This document shows positions 17,407 to 27,238 of a stretch of 64,000 bases of DNA, piece by piece. Below the pieces are notes generated by a model, which saw nothing but the letters and a program-made list of their open reading frames with translations, made no database searches and was not told the origin of the DNA. The DNA is from a bacterium (GTDB taxonomy: Bacteria; Patescibacteriota; Microgenomatia; Levybacterales; UBA12049): NCBI GenBank assembly GCA_021777565.1, contig JAJYDJ010000002.1, forward strand, positions 133,082 through 197,081, given 5' to 3'. The position numbers were made by a program, and so were the translations under genes. Each line of letters starts with the position of its first letter. The stretch's first letter is position 1.

Positions 17407-19173
17407 ATGCAGTTTCAAACACTTGCTGAATACTTTGACCGACTAGAAGCAACCTCTTCCCGCTTAGAACTGATTCGCATTCTTTCCACTCTTTTTCATG
17501 AGGTACACTCAGCAGATGAGGTAGAAGAAATTTGTTATTTGGTTCAAGGTCGTATTGCCCCATTTTTTGCCCCTATTGAGATAGGGATGGCGGAAAAAAC
17601 AATTGCCGATGCCCTCTCACACGCATTTGCCATAGACAGAGAAGAAGTGCTCATTGAATTTGATCGTTTGGGGGACATGGGTCTTGCTGCACAAAAGATT
17701 GCCAAAGGGAAACACAAAGAAACTTCATCAGTCTCAGTGAAAGAAGTCTTTGATATCCTGACGGAAATTGCCAACACCTCAGGGAATGGAACAGTTGAAA
17801 AAAAGATTACCCTCTTTTCAGACCTTTTGAAAAAACTTGATAGTGTCTCTATCAAACATGTTGTGCGTATTCCTCTTTCAAATTTACGACTTGGCATAGG
17901 AGATCCCACCATCATGGACGCACTTGCTGCCGTTAAATTAGGAGATAAAAAACTTCGCAGTTATCTGGAAGGAGCATACAATCGCACCTCTGATCTTGGT
18001 CTGATTGCCAGAACTCTTTGGGAGGCAAAAAATCCTGTGGCAGGGGTTGATGCAATCGAAAAACTTTCAGTCCAGGTAGGTAAACCAATTCGCTCAGAAC
18101 TATGTGAACGTCTCCCTGATGCAAAAAAAGTTATTGAGAAAATGGGTGAGGTTGATGCACAGTACAAATACGATGGATTTCGGGTACAAATTCATAAAAA
18201 AGGCAACGACATTTGGATATTCTCACGAAATTTAGAAAACATGACCCACATGTTTCCAGAACTTATCGAGGCGGCAAAGCAAGATATTGATGCTAAAAGT
18301 GTTATTTTAGACGGGGAGGCACTTGCCTATAATGCTGTGTCGGAAGAATTTCTCCCATTTCAAGAAACAACAAAAAGACGTCGTAAGCACAATATTGCAG
18401 AAGTAGCAGAAAAGCTTCCACTTCGCGCATTTATTTTTGACATTCTCTATAAAGATGGGAAGCAACTTCTTGATACCCCACTTCAGGAAAGACAAAAAAT
18501 GTTAAAAGAAACCATCATCAAAGATGACACACTTCTTTTGGCAGAGAATAATCTTATTGATGATGCTCAAAAGCTCCAAAACATGCTTGATGATGCTATC
18601 ACGAAGGGGTTGGAAGGAGTTGTAATTAAGAAAATGAATTCCAAATATGAAGCAGGAGCACGTAATTTTAACTGGGTAAAGTTGAAACGTCATAATGCAG
18701 GTGAGTTGAAAGACACTATTGATTGTGTGCTTCTGGGATATGTTAGTGGGAAAGGGAAACGAACAGCATTTGGCGCTGGGGCTCTTTTGGTAGGTGTATA
18801 CGACAAAAAAGAAGATGTTTTCGTAACGGTCAGTAAAATTGGGACTGGTCTTACGGATGAAGAATGGACGAGTATTCGTGAACGTTCAAAGGGGCTTGAA
18901 AGAGACCATAAACCTGCACGTGTGATTTCACTTATTCAACCATCCGTCTGGTTGGAACCAAAGATCGTTATTGAAGTATTGGCAGATGAAATAACTAGGA
19001 GTCCTATTCATACAGCTGGGGCAGTACTTGAAGAAAATAAAGTCGTTGAGTCAGGATATGCACTACGTTTCCCAAGACTCGTGAGTTTTCGAGATAATGA
19101 TAAAAGTCCAGAAGATGCAACGACGGTAAAAGAACTGATAGATATGTATCAAGAGCAAGGCAAGAAAAGTTAG
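17407..19173 (+). CDS. ATP-dependent DNA ligase with N-terminal DNA-binding domain (archaeal/LigB-like)
   Basis: KYDGFRVQIH, ILDGE, FDIL, EGVVIK, NWVKLK, LRFPR; start re-picked to ATG 17407. Confidence 0.95.
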   Translation: MQFQTLAEYFDRLEATSSRLELIRILSTLFHEVHSADEVEEICYLVQGRIAPFFAPIEIGMAEKTIADALSHAFAIDREEVLIEFDRLGDMGLAAQKIAKGKHKETSSVSVKEVFDILTEIANTSGNGTVEKKITLFSDLLKKLDSVSIKHVVRIPLSNLRLGIGDPTIMDALAAVKLGDKKLRSYLEGAYNRTSDLGLIARTLWEAKNPVAGVDAIEKLSVQVGKPIRSELCERLPDAKKVIEKMGEVDAQYKYDGFRVQIHKKGNDIWIFSRNLENMTHMFPELIEAAKQDIDAKSVILDGEALAYNAVSEEFLPFQETTKRRRKHNIAEVAEKLPLRAFIFDILYKDGKQLLDTPLQERQKMLKETIIKDDTLLLAENNLIDDAQKLQNMLDDAITKGLEGVVIKKMNSKYEAGARNFNWVKLKRHNAGELKDTIDCVLLGYVSGKGKRTAFGAGALLVGVYDKKEDVFVTVSKIGTGLTDEEWTSIRERSKGLERDHKPARVISLIQPSVWLEPKIVIEVLADEITRSPIHTAGAVLEENKVVESGYALRFPRLVSFRDNDKSPEDATTVKELIDMYQEQGKKS

Positions 19174-19197
19174 TAAATTGTTGTTACAATATCTCCC

Positions 19198-20493
19198 ATG
19201 CAGGTTGTTGCTGATCTCCATCTTCATTCTAAATATTCTCGAGCAGTGTCACCACAGATGCTTCTTCCCACTATGCCCCGTGTCGCCGCTCAAAAAGGCA
19301 TACATCTTCTGGGAACTGGGGACTTTACTCACCCGTTATGGATGCACGAATTGAGAGAGAAATTAGTGGAAACAGGAAACGGTATTTATTCCCTGAAAGG
19401 GACAGAGGATCAGAGTAAATTCTTGGTGTCGGTTGAGATTGCAACTATTTATACGCAAAACGGGAAAGGAAGGAGAATTCATAATGTCGTTCTTGTACCA
19501 TCCCTTGAAGTAGCTGAGAGAATAAATGAATCACTCATTGCAAAAGGATGTACACTTGGTTCTGATGGCAGGCCGATCATAGGACTTTCATCCAAAAATC
19601 TTCTTGAATTGCTTCTCTCTATTGATGAGAGGTGTCTTCTCATTCCTGCACATGCCTGGACACCATGGTTTGGGGTGTATGGTCTCATGTCTGGATTTGT
19701 AAGCCTGGATGAAGCTTTTGAAGATTTGGCTCCATACGTCTACGCCATCGAAACAGGCATCTCCAGTGATCCTGAGATGAATTGGCAGATGAAAGAGTTG
19801 GCACATCGATCAATCGTCTCATTTTCAGATGCGCATTCACTCCCAAAAATGGGAAGAGAACTGACAGTCTTTGATATGAGTGAACTCTCGTACAACGCAA
19901 TTCGTACTGCCATCATGAGAGCGGATGAAATGAATCAAAAAATTGCATATACCGTAGAGTTCTTTCCGGAAGAAGGCAAGTATCATTACTCAGGGCATCG
20001 CCAATGCGGATTTTTCTTTCGACCAGAAGATGAAGTTTCTGCAAAAGGAATTTGCCTAGTCTGTCATAGACCAGTGACTGATGGCGTCATGAGAAGAGTG
20101 CAGGAAATATCACAAGAAAAGCCAAGAGGGGTAAAACAAATTGACGCATCTGGTGTTTCTTGGATTACAGATCCCAAACAGGAGCATCCGTCGTTTGTTC
20201 GCCTCGTTCCACTGCAAGAAATAATTGCGGAAGTATTGTCCAGGCCAGTCACAAGTCCCAAAGTACAATCATTGTTTGATGAAATGATTCAAAAGATCAG
20301 TACAGAGTTAGACATTCTCTTAACGATACCACTCACTACTATCTCATCAATTGCTGGTGAGAGAATTGCAGAAGGAGTAGCAAAAGTACGATCAGGAGAG
20401 TTATCAATTGCTCCTGGATACGATGGCTTATATGGGAAAGTTTCGATCTGGGACAAACAGCCTAAAGAAGAACAACTCGTATTAAATATCTAA
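19198..20493 (+). CDS. Endonuclease Q family PHP-domain protein
   Basis: DLHLHSKYS, GTGDFTHP, PAHAWTPW, SFSDAHS, GKYHYSGHRQC...C.VC zinc site, PGYDGLYG. Confidence 0.88.
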   Translation: MQVVADLHLHSKYSRAVSPQMLLPTMPRVAAQKGIHLLGTGDFTHPLWMHELREKLVETGNGIYSLKGTEDQSKFLVSVEIATIYTQNGKGRRIHNVVLVPSLEVAERINESLIAKGCTLGSDGRPIIGLSSKNLLELLLSIDERCLLIPAHAWTPWFGVYGLMSGFVSLDEAFEDLAPYVYAIETGISSDPEMNWQMKELAHRSIVSFSDAHSLPKMGRELTVFDMSELSYNAIRTAIMRADEMNQKIAYTVEFFPEEGKYHYSGHRQCGFFFRPEDEVSAKGICLVCHRPVTDGVMRRVQEISQEKPRGVKQIDASGVSWITDPKQEHPSFVRLVPLQEIIAEVLSRPVTSPKVQSLFDEMIQKISTELDILLTIPLTTISSIAGERIAEGVAKVRSGELSIAPGYDGLYGKVSIWDKQPKEEQLVLNI

Positions 20494-20569
20494 AGAGCTC
20501 CTTGCAACATCCCCTAATTCTTGTTTTACTAAACATAGTGTAGATATATGTTGAGAGGAGGTGATATGA

Positions 20570-21022
20570 ATGCCTAAAAAAACACAATCAAAATCAGGAC
20601 AAGATGTCATGGGAATGATGGAAGAATGGTTTTTAAAACTTCCACCGCTTCCTGAAAATGGAAGAAAAAACTTAGTTGGTTTTCTGCCATTAATCTCTCT
20701 TATTTTTGGAATTCTTGGAGTCATCTTTGGAGTTGCTGCACTTGGTGCATTAACCGTACTCTCACCACTACTCCTTCTGGGAGCAGGTGTGGGGCACGCA
20801 GGTGGGTCCCTCGTGAGTGAGCTCATCAGTCTCGCTGGGTCAGTGATGCTTTTGGCAGCATACCCAGGACTCAAGATGAGAAGCACTCGTGGGTGGCAAC
20901 TTCTGTTCTGGAGTCAGGCTGTTTGGGTGCTTTCATCACTGTTGTCACTCTCAGTCATGGGACTTATCCTTGACGCAGTAGGATTTTATCTGTTGTACCA
21001 GATTAAATCGTATTACAAATAG
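20570..21022 (+). CDS. Hypothetical membrane protein
   Basis: Strong SD GAGGAGGTGA; about 4 TM segments; C-terminal YLLYQIKSYY. Confidence 0.75.
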   Translation: MPKKTQSKSGQDVMGMMEEWFLKLPPLPENGRKNLVGFLPLISLIFGILGVIFGVAALGALTVLSPLLLLGAGVGHAGGSLVSELISLAGSVMLLAAYPGLKMRSTRGWQLLFWSQAVWVLSSLLSLSVMGLILDAVGFYLLYQIKSYYK

Positions 21023-21039
21023 AGTGCCTGAATTGATAC

Positions 21040-21072
21040 AAGATACATGCCTTTTTTGGCATGTATCTTTGT
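21040..21072 (+). terminator. Perfect 12-bp inverted repeat, probable terminator
   Basis: AAGATACATGCC-TTTTTT-GGCATGTATCTT directly after the 20570-21022 gene. Confidence 0.7.
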
Positions 21073-21123
21073 GATCAAGTTATCCATTGTCAACGAGATA
21101 ATGGGAGGGGTATACTGCAAGTA

Positions 21124-21735
21124 ATGAAGCTTCTTGTTGGACTTGGAAATATTGGAGAGTCCTACGATAGGACACGTCACAATGTTGGATTTTGGGCCAT
21201 TGACGCATTCGCACACAGCATTGAAGTACACCAGCCCCTCACATGGAAAACAGAAAAAAAGTTCTTTTCTCAGATAGCAGAGACTACCTGGCAAATAACA
21301 GGAACAAATACTGTCGAAAAAATATACCTCATCAAACCAACTACCTTTATGAATGATTCTGGAAAAGCGGTAGCTGCAGTGGCTAATTTTTACAATATTC
21401 CAACCAGTGATATTTGGGTAATCCATGATGATGTTGATTTCCCTGTAGGAGTATTAAAAATTCGCGAAGGAGGGTCTTCTGCTGGGCATAATGGTATTTT
21501 ATCTATCATCGAGTCGCTTGGTTCAGATAAATTTTGGAGATTTCGTATCGGGGTTGGGAGGCCACTTGGTAAAGAAGAAAAGTATAACGTTATTAAACAT
21601 GTCCTTCGTGTCTTCTCCGCACCTGATCACCGTAAAATGCAAGAAGTGATAAAACATACCATTGCAGCTATAGAATTGGCCTTAGATAAGGACTTGTCTG
21701 CTGCCATGAATCGCTACAACATATCCGGTAAATAA
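21124..21735 (+). CDS. pth: Peptidyl-tRNA hydrolase
   Basis: LVGLGN....Y..TRHNVGF, KPTTFMNDSG, HDD, AGHNG. Confidence 0.96.
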   Translation: MKLLVGLGNIGESYDRTRHNVGFWAIDAFAHSIEVHQPLTWKTEKKFFSQIAETTWQITGTNTVEKIYLIKPTTFMNDSGKAVAAVANFYNIPTSDIWVIHDDVDFPVGVLKIREGGSSAGHNGILSIIESLGSDKFWRFRIGVGRPLGKEEKYNVIKHVLRVFSAPDHRKMQEVIKHTIAAIELALDKDLSAAMNRYNISGK

Positions 21736-21736
21736 T

Positions 21737-22012
21737 ATGCAAGACATTAACTCCATCTTGGAATCATATAATCCTGTCGTGGATAAATATGTTTCGCGCG
21801 AATTTCAAACCTATGGGTTATATCTATCAGAGAAGTTAGATGATATGAAGCACAAAGCACTTTATATTAAACTGGCAAAAACGACACATCGAAGTATTTT
21901 AGAGAAAGCACTACAGTTTTGTATCGACAGTACTGCAACAAGCAAAGGTGCACTTTTTATGTGGAAGCTCAAACAGCTGAAAGCCATAGAACAAAAGACA
22001 GGGAATGTATGA
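21737..22012 (+). CDS. Small basic hypothetical protein
   Basis: 91-aa ORF tightly packed between pth and the TatD gene (ATGA overlap). Confidence 0.7.
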   Translation: MQDINSILESYNPVVDKYVSREFQTYGLYLSEKLDDMKHKALYIKLAKTTHRSILEKALQFCIDSTATSKGALFMWKLKQLKAIEQKTGNV

Positions 22013-22797
22013 TTGATGCGCACTGCCACCTAAACTTCACAGAATATGATGACGATCGAGATGAAGTCCTCTTTCGTGCGAGACAGGTTGGTGTCAAAAA
22101 CTTCTTAGTGATAGGGACGAGTCTTGAGACAAGTGAAAAAGCCCTCGCTCTTGCAAAAAAGGAGAAGGATATAGCTGCAGTCGTCGGGGTACATCCAACC
22201 GAGATTGAACATCTTCCGGAGCACTGGGTCAGTCAGCTTAAAACGCTTGCCCTAGATCCCGAAGTCGTGGCTATTGGAGAGATTGGTCTTGATTACTATC
22301 ATACCCAAGAGACGGCCGTACACAAAAAACAACAAGAGATATTTGTTACTCAACTAGAGATTGCTCATGAGGTTGGCAAACCAGTACAAATTCATAACCG
22401 TCATGCCGGGGAGGATCTCATGCAAATCTTGAACGAGCATAGTCAGATTCTTCTCAATCAACCTGGAATGCTACACTGTTTTGCTTCAAGTTTAGACGTA
22501 TTACGTCAAGCGCTCGACCTGGGATTTTACATTGGGATAGATGGTAATGTCACGTATCCTGGGCTAGCCAAAGGTGAAAGTGTAACCATTCCAGAAATTG
22601 TTAGGACGACTCCACTTGAGCGTATAATTACAGAGACAGACAGCCCGTATCTAACCCCCATTCCCTATCGCGGTAGCAGAAATGAGCCTCAACATGTTAT
22701 ACTTGTGGCAGCAGAGATAGCCCGTATTAAAGGTGTTTCTGCGCAAGAGGTTGAAGAACAGGTCCATAAAAATGTCTCAACACTTTTTGGTATATGA
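22009..22797 (+). CDS. tatD: TatD family nuclease
   Basis: IDAHCH, GVHP, AIGEIGLDY, IHNR, HCF, ETDSPYL. Confidence 0.93.
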   Translation: MIDAHCHLNFTEYDDDRDEVLFRARQVGVKNFLVIGTSLETSEKALALAKKEKDIAAVVGVHPTEIEHLPEHWVSQLKTLALDPEVVAIGEIGLDYYHTQETAVHKKQQEIFVTQLEIAHEVGKPVQIHNRHAGEDLMQILNEHSQILLNQPGMLHCFASSLDVLRQALDLGFYIGIDGNVTYPGLAKGESVTIPEIVRTTPLERIITETDSPYLTPIPYRGSRNEPQHVILVAAEIARIKGVSAQEVEEQVHKNVSTLFGI

Positions 22798-24290
22798 CAC
22801 AAGTATTTAATACTTTATTTACTCGATATCCTGTAAAAACCCGAAGATTTTTTGAAATTCTTCCAGGCATCGTGTCATGGACACTGATCCTATTCCCTGT
22901 GTGGGGATCGTTCTTTATGCCAGTTGTGCTTGCATATTTTGTGCTCTTCTTTGATATCTACTGGTTGACCAACTCGTTCTCTCTTGCAACATCAGCCCTC
23001 ATTGCATCTCGAAGAATTGCTCTTGCAGAAAGAGAAAAATGGATTATTCGTGCAGAAGAACTCCCAGATGCTCAGAAGGTAGCTCACGTTATAATTATTC
23101 CCAATTATAAGGAGCGTGTTGAAAAGATTCGCCAAGCCTTGCATGCAATCGCAAAGCAAACATTTCCAACGAAGCGCATCTATATTGTTCTCGCTATGGA
23201 AAAACGTGAAGAAGGGGCTCAGGAGAAAGCAGATGTGCTCACCAAAGAGTTTAAACATATGTTTGGAGATATGGTCACATCCCTTCATGCTATTGTCCCG
23301 GGGGAAGTTGCTGGTAAATCCTCAAATGAGGCATACGCGGGGAGAATGGCCTATGAAAAATGGGTGGTAAAGAGTAAAAAAATTGATCTTGATTTTGCGA
23401 CAGTCACTACGGTCGATACCGATAGTCTTTTTGATAAACAATATTTTGCCTATCTAACGTATGCTTTTTTAAAAAGCCCCCGCCGTTATAATACATTCTG
23501 GCAATCAGCAAATGTTAGCCACAACAATTTTTGGAAAGTGCCAGCACCGGTCAGAGTGATGGCATTTTTTAATTCACTCATGCGTACAGCACTTCTGATG
23601 CAGGGAGATGGTCTTATCCCTAATTCGACATACTCACTCTCGCTACGTTTGATCGTAGATATCGATTTCTGGGATACTGATGTCATCCCAGAAGATTACA
23701 GAGTCTTTTTTAAAGCATTTTTTCACAAAAAAGGACAAGCCTGGGTTGATCCAATTTTCTTAAAAACATCAATTGATGCTCCTCAGTCAGAAGGATTCTG
23801 GGCAACATTAAAAAATAAGTATGAGCAGGAGAGACGATGGTCATGGGGAGTCTCGGATTATCCGTTATTTGTTAAATGGTGGTTCACGGTTCCTGGTGTC
23901 CCTTTTGTGAGAAAAACAAAATTGTTATATCACGTCGTGTTGGATCATTTTATGTGGCCGGCCAACTGGTTTATTCTCACGGTTGCTGCTAACGTTATCC
24001 CATTTGTAAATCCCGCATTTACAAAAACAGCTATTGGGTATAATTTGCCACGTATTGCTGGAATGATACTAACTTTTTGTTTATTCTCGACACTGTTAAT
24101 GATTTCAATTGATGCGCGAAATAGAGGAGATGCACGTATGGTCTCAAAAACCAGACAATTCTTGTTCCCACTTGAGTTCCTTTTGATGCCAATTACAGGA
24201 TTTTTCCTCTCAGCATTGCCTGCCATGCTCTCTCATACCCAACTCATGTTTGGAAAGCGCATTGAATATAAAGTCACAGAGAAAGTATAA
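22794..24290 (+). CDS. Membrane glycosyltransferase family 2
   Basis: IPNYKE, GKSSN, DTD, PED, QERRW (QxxRW), N- and C-terminal TM helices. Confidence 0.88.
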   Translation: MTQVFNTLFTRYPVKTRRFFEILPGIVSWTLILFPVWGSFFMPVVLAYFVLFFDIYWLTNSFSLATSALIASRRIALAEREKWIIRAEELPDAQKVAHVIIIPNYKERVEKIRQALHAIAKQTFPTKRIYIVLAMEKREEGAQEKADVLTKEFKHMFGDMVTSLHAIVPGEVAGKSSNEAYAGRMAYEKWVVKSKKIDLDFATVTTVDTDSLFDKQYFAYLTYAFLKSPRRYNTFWQSANVSHNNFWKVPAPVRVMAFFNSLMRTALLMQGDGLIPNSTYSLSLRLIVDIDFWDTDVIPEDYRVFFKAFFHKKGQAWVDPIFLKTSIDAPQSEGFWATLKNKYEQERRWSWGVSDYPLFVKWWFTVPGVPFVRKTKLLYHVVLDHFMWPANWFILTVAANVIPFVNPAFTKTAIGYNLPRIAGMILTFCLFSTLLMISIDARNRGDARMVSKTRQFLFPLEFLLMPITGFFLSALPAMLSHTQLMFGKRIEYKVTEKV

Positions 24291-24297
24291 TAAGTTC

Positions 24298-25791
24298 ATG
24301 GACTCTTCATTTTTCTCCAAAACGCTTACTCGTTTAGAAAAATCACGATCATTTTGGGCACTGTTGATTACCTGTGTTGGCTATTTTCTTCTCAGAGTAC
24401 CATCACTCTTTGAACCTATTTGGTATGGTGACGAAGCGCTGTATCAAGTCATGGGGAAGGCACTCCTAACAGGCAGAACGCTCTATACCGGCATTTGGGA
24501 TAATAAACCACCTCTTCTGTACTATACGTATGCGTTATTTGGTGGTGACCAATTTTCTGTTCGTCTAGCGTCAATTTTTATTGGTATGGTGAGTATTGTC
24601 TTATTTTTTTTCTTGGCAAAAATATGGATATCAGGAGAGAAAAAACAATTTATCGCAACAGGACTTTTTGCTTTTTTTCTTTCATCACCCATGTTTATGG
24701 GTAACACCTTTAATGCAGAGCACTTGGTTCTTCCTTGTGTCCTTGCAGGGGTACTTATTTGGCAGAGGACACTTACACTTCAGAAACCGTCTCTAAAACA
24801 TTTCTATCTTGCAGGACTTCTTTTTGGAGTTGGATTTATGGTAAAAGTAAATCCAATTTTTGACATTACAGCCTGTGGGTTAGTTCTATTATTTAACATA
24901 AAAAGAAAATCAGAAATTGCTTCCTATGGCGCCAAGGTTGGTAGTACTGCGCTTGGATTCATGACTCCATTTCTCTGGTTTGTCCTTTTCTTTTTTGTAA
25001 AAGGGGGACTTGCTGCCTTTATTTCGAGTGCATTCTTAAGTAATGTGGGATATGCAGAATATGCAAATAATTTCTTCGTATCAGGTCAGTTCTTCTTAAT
25101 ACTTAAATTTCTTGTTCTTTTGGGTTTTTGTGGATTTGTCTACATCAAGAGGTCGCATCTCTCTCAACAGTATCGTTTGCTTCTTATATGGTCTGGGTGG
25201 AGCCTTTTTAGTGTTTTGTTAACACAGCGAAATTACCCACATTATGCAGTGCTTCTCCTGCCGAGTTTTATCATCCTAGGGACTCTTATCTGTGTAAGAG
25301 TAAAAGAGCGTATGTATCGTGCGATGAGAATACCATTTGTTTTAGGTCTCATCAGTGTTGCCGTTGTTATTCAACCAAACATATTTTCAATAATTCCTTA
25401 CTATTGGCATTTTGGTCAGTACATTACTAACTCTATAACCTTAACACAGTATTTTGCATCATTTGATTCACGTGTCCCACGAGATTATGCAGTAGCCCAA
25501 TTTGTGAATACAAAACATCCAAAAGCCAACGAAGTTCTGGTTTGGGGGGATAATCCACAAATTTATACCTTGACCAACACGCTGCCACAAGGGCCATTGA
25601 TAGTTGCCTATCATGTGGGATTTAGTAAGACATCATATGCAAAAGAGGTTGCCCTGTTGCAAAAACAATTGCCACGTATTATTGTGTTGTATCCCAATCA
25701 ATCTTTTCCACCAGTAGGAATGGGACAGTACAAAAACGATTTCTCAATAGAAGGAGTTCATATTTATGAAAGAAACACTCAAGCTTTTTAA
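24298..25791 (+). CDS. GT-C fold glycosyltransferase (ArnT/PMT-like)
   Basis: W.GDEALY, WDNKPP, multiple TM helices. Confidence 0.82.
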   Translation: MDSSFFSKTLTRLEKSRSFWALLITCVGYFLLRVPSLFEPIWYGDEALYQVMGKALLTGRTLYTGIWDNKPPLLYYTYALFGGDQFSVRLASIFIGMVSIVLFFFLAKIWISGEKKQFIATGLFAFFLSSPMFMGNTFNAEHLVLPCVLAGVLIWQRTLTLQKPSLKHFYLAGLLFGVGFMVKVNPIFDITACGLVLLFNIKRKSEIASYGAKVGSTALGFMTPFLWFVLFFFVKGGLAAFISSAFLSNVGYAEYANNFFVSGQFFLILKFLVLLGFCGFVYIKRSHLSQQYRLLLIWSGWSLFSVLLTQRNYPHYAVLLLPSFIILGTLICVRVKERMYRAMRIPFVLGLISVAVVIQPNIFSIIPYYWHFGQYITNSITLTQYFASFDSRVPRDYAVAQFVNTKHPKANEVLVWGDNPQIYTLTNTLPQGPLIVAYHVGFSKTSYAKEVALLQKQLPRIIVLYPNQSFPPVGMGQYKNDFSIEGVHIYERNTQAF

Positions 25792-26119
25792 GTCTGATAA
25801 AGTTGTCAGTAGTGCCTATTTACTCAGTACGGTGAGTTTTTTCATCGTGGGTGCTGCGATAGCTGTTGCATGGTCACATCTTGCGCCTTACTTGCCAATT
25901 TTTCTTAAACTTGCCTGGGGATATGACAGGGTAGGACTTAAGATAGAAATGCTCTATCCATTGGCGCTTTGGTTTGTTGAACTTGTTATTGCGTTTTGGC
26001 TTATAAGGCCTGTGTATGTGCGCACGGTTATCTTGGGAAGATTTATTGCGTTGGCGCTGCTTCTTACGTCATTGTTATTTTTGATTTTTTTCATTCAAAT
26101 CGTTAGGATAGGAGTGTAA
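25766..26119 (+). CDS. Small membrane protein
   Basis: Three hydrophobic segments; packed within the operon. Confidence 0.65.
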   Translation: MKETLKLFKSDKVVSSAYLLSTVSFFIVGAAIAVAWSHLAPYLPIFLKLAWGYDRVGLKIEMLYPLALWFVELVIAFWLIRPVYVRTVILGRFIALALLLTSLLFLIFFIQIVRIGV

Positions 26120-27238
26120 ATGATAGCAACATTAGCCACTGTATTTCTTTTTTCCTTAGGCATGTCCTTTATATTAACGAAGTATTCAATACCGTTTTTT
26201 TATAAAATAAAGCTTCTGGATGACCCACGAACACATAAACATCCAGCTATTTTACATACGACCCCAACTCCTAGAAGTGGTGGAGTACCACTGTTTTTGG
26301 CTATATGGACCGCAGCTATTTTTTTCGTACCTCACTCACCTATTGTTTTTGGATTGTTTTTGGCATCGTTAGTTGCGGCAGTAGTTGGTGTTATTGATGA
26401 CAGGTATGATCTCTCTCCGCTTCTCAGATTTGGCATAAATATCCTGTGTGTGATCATTGTTATTCTCTTTGGTATCCAAATACCCTTTATCACGTATCCT
26501 TTGCAAGGTATAGTTGGACAAGGGTCTCCAATATGGCATCTTTTTGCCTATCCCTATGATGGCATCCTCCATCTTGATAGAGCACTCATGTCATTTCACA
26601 TTATGGGGATCACACTCTCTCTCACGCTGGCCCATATTATTACCATTTTATGGGTTGTATGGTTGATGAACATGTTGAATTGGAGTAAAGGCGTCGATGG
26701 ACAAATGCCTGGTACAGTGGCAATTGCAGCAATCATTATTGGCATTTTAAGTTTGCGCTTTCCGTATTCTGAACCTCACACACAACTTGCTGCAGTATTA
26801 TCTTTTGCCATTGCAGGGGCATCTCTTGGATTTTTGCCATTTAATTTCCCGCCAGCAAAAATTTATCCAGGGTATAGTACAACCGCAATGTATTTTCTCC
26901 TAGCCTGCGTATCATTTTTGGCGTCAGTAAAGTTAGCAACAGCAATTCTTGTCCTTGCGGTTCCCTTTGTTGATGGTATGGTCACGGTACTGAGAAGAGT
27001 ATTAACAGGACATTCACCTGTCAGGGGGGATAAAAGGCATGCGCATCATTTACTTATGGCCATAGGGCTGAAGAAATATCAAATAGTTTTAATATATTGG
27101 ACTATCTCGATCATCCTTGGAATAGGGTCACTATTTTTAAGCAGTACAGGTAAGCTCTTTGCAATAGGGATGGTAATTGCTATTATAGGAGGGGGGATTT
27201 GTTATTTATTGATCCTGACGAGAAAAACTGATGCTTGA
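26120..27238 (+). CDS. Polyprenyl-phosphate HexNAc-1-phosphate transferase (WecA/TagO family)
   Basis: H..PTPRSGG, GVIDD, NMLNW..GVDG, FNFPPAKI, D..H.HH.L. Confidence 0.88.
   Translation: MIATLATVFLFSLGMSFILTKYSIPFFYKIKLLDDPRTHKHPAILHTTPTPRSGGVPLFLAIWTAAIFFVPHSPIVFGLFLASLVAAVVGVIDDRYDLSPLLRFGINILCVIIVILFGIQIPFITYPLQGIVGQGSPIWHLFAYPYDGILHLDRALMSFHIMGITLSLTLAHIITILWVVWLMNMLNWSKGVDGQMPGTVAIAAIIIGILSLRFPYSEPHTQLAAVLSFAIAGASLGFLPFNFPPAKIYPGYSTTAMYFLLACVSFLASVKLATAILVLAVPFVDGMVTVLRRVLTGHSPVRGDKRHAHHLLMAIGLKKYQIVLIYWTISIILGIGSLFLSSTGKLFAIGMVIAIIGGGICYLLILTRKTDA

Noticed and set aside
21080-21088. DnaA box / oriC (TTATCCATT)
   Set aside because: Single imperfect box, no cluster or unwinding element, and no dnaA/dnaN next to recF.
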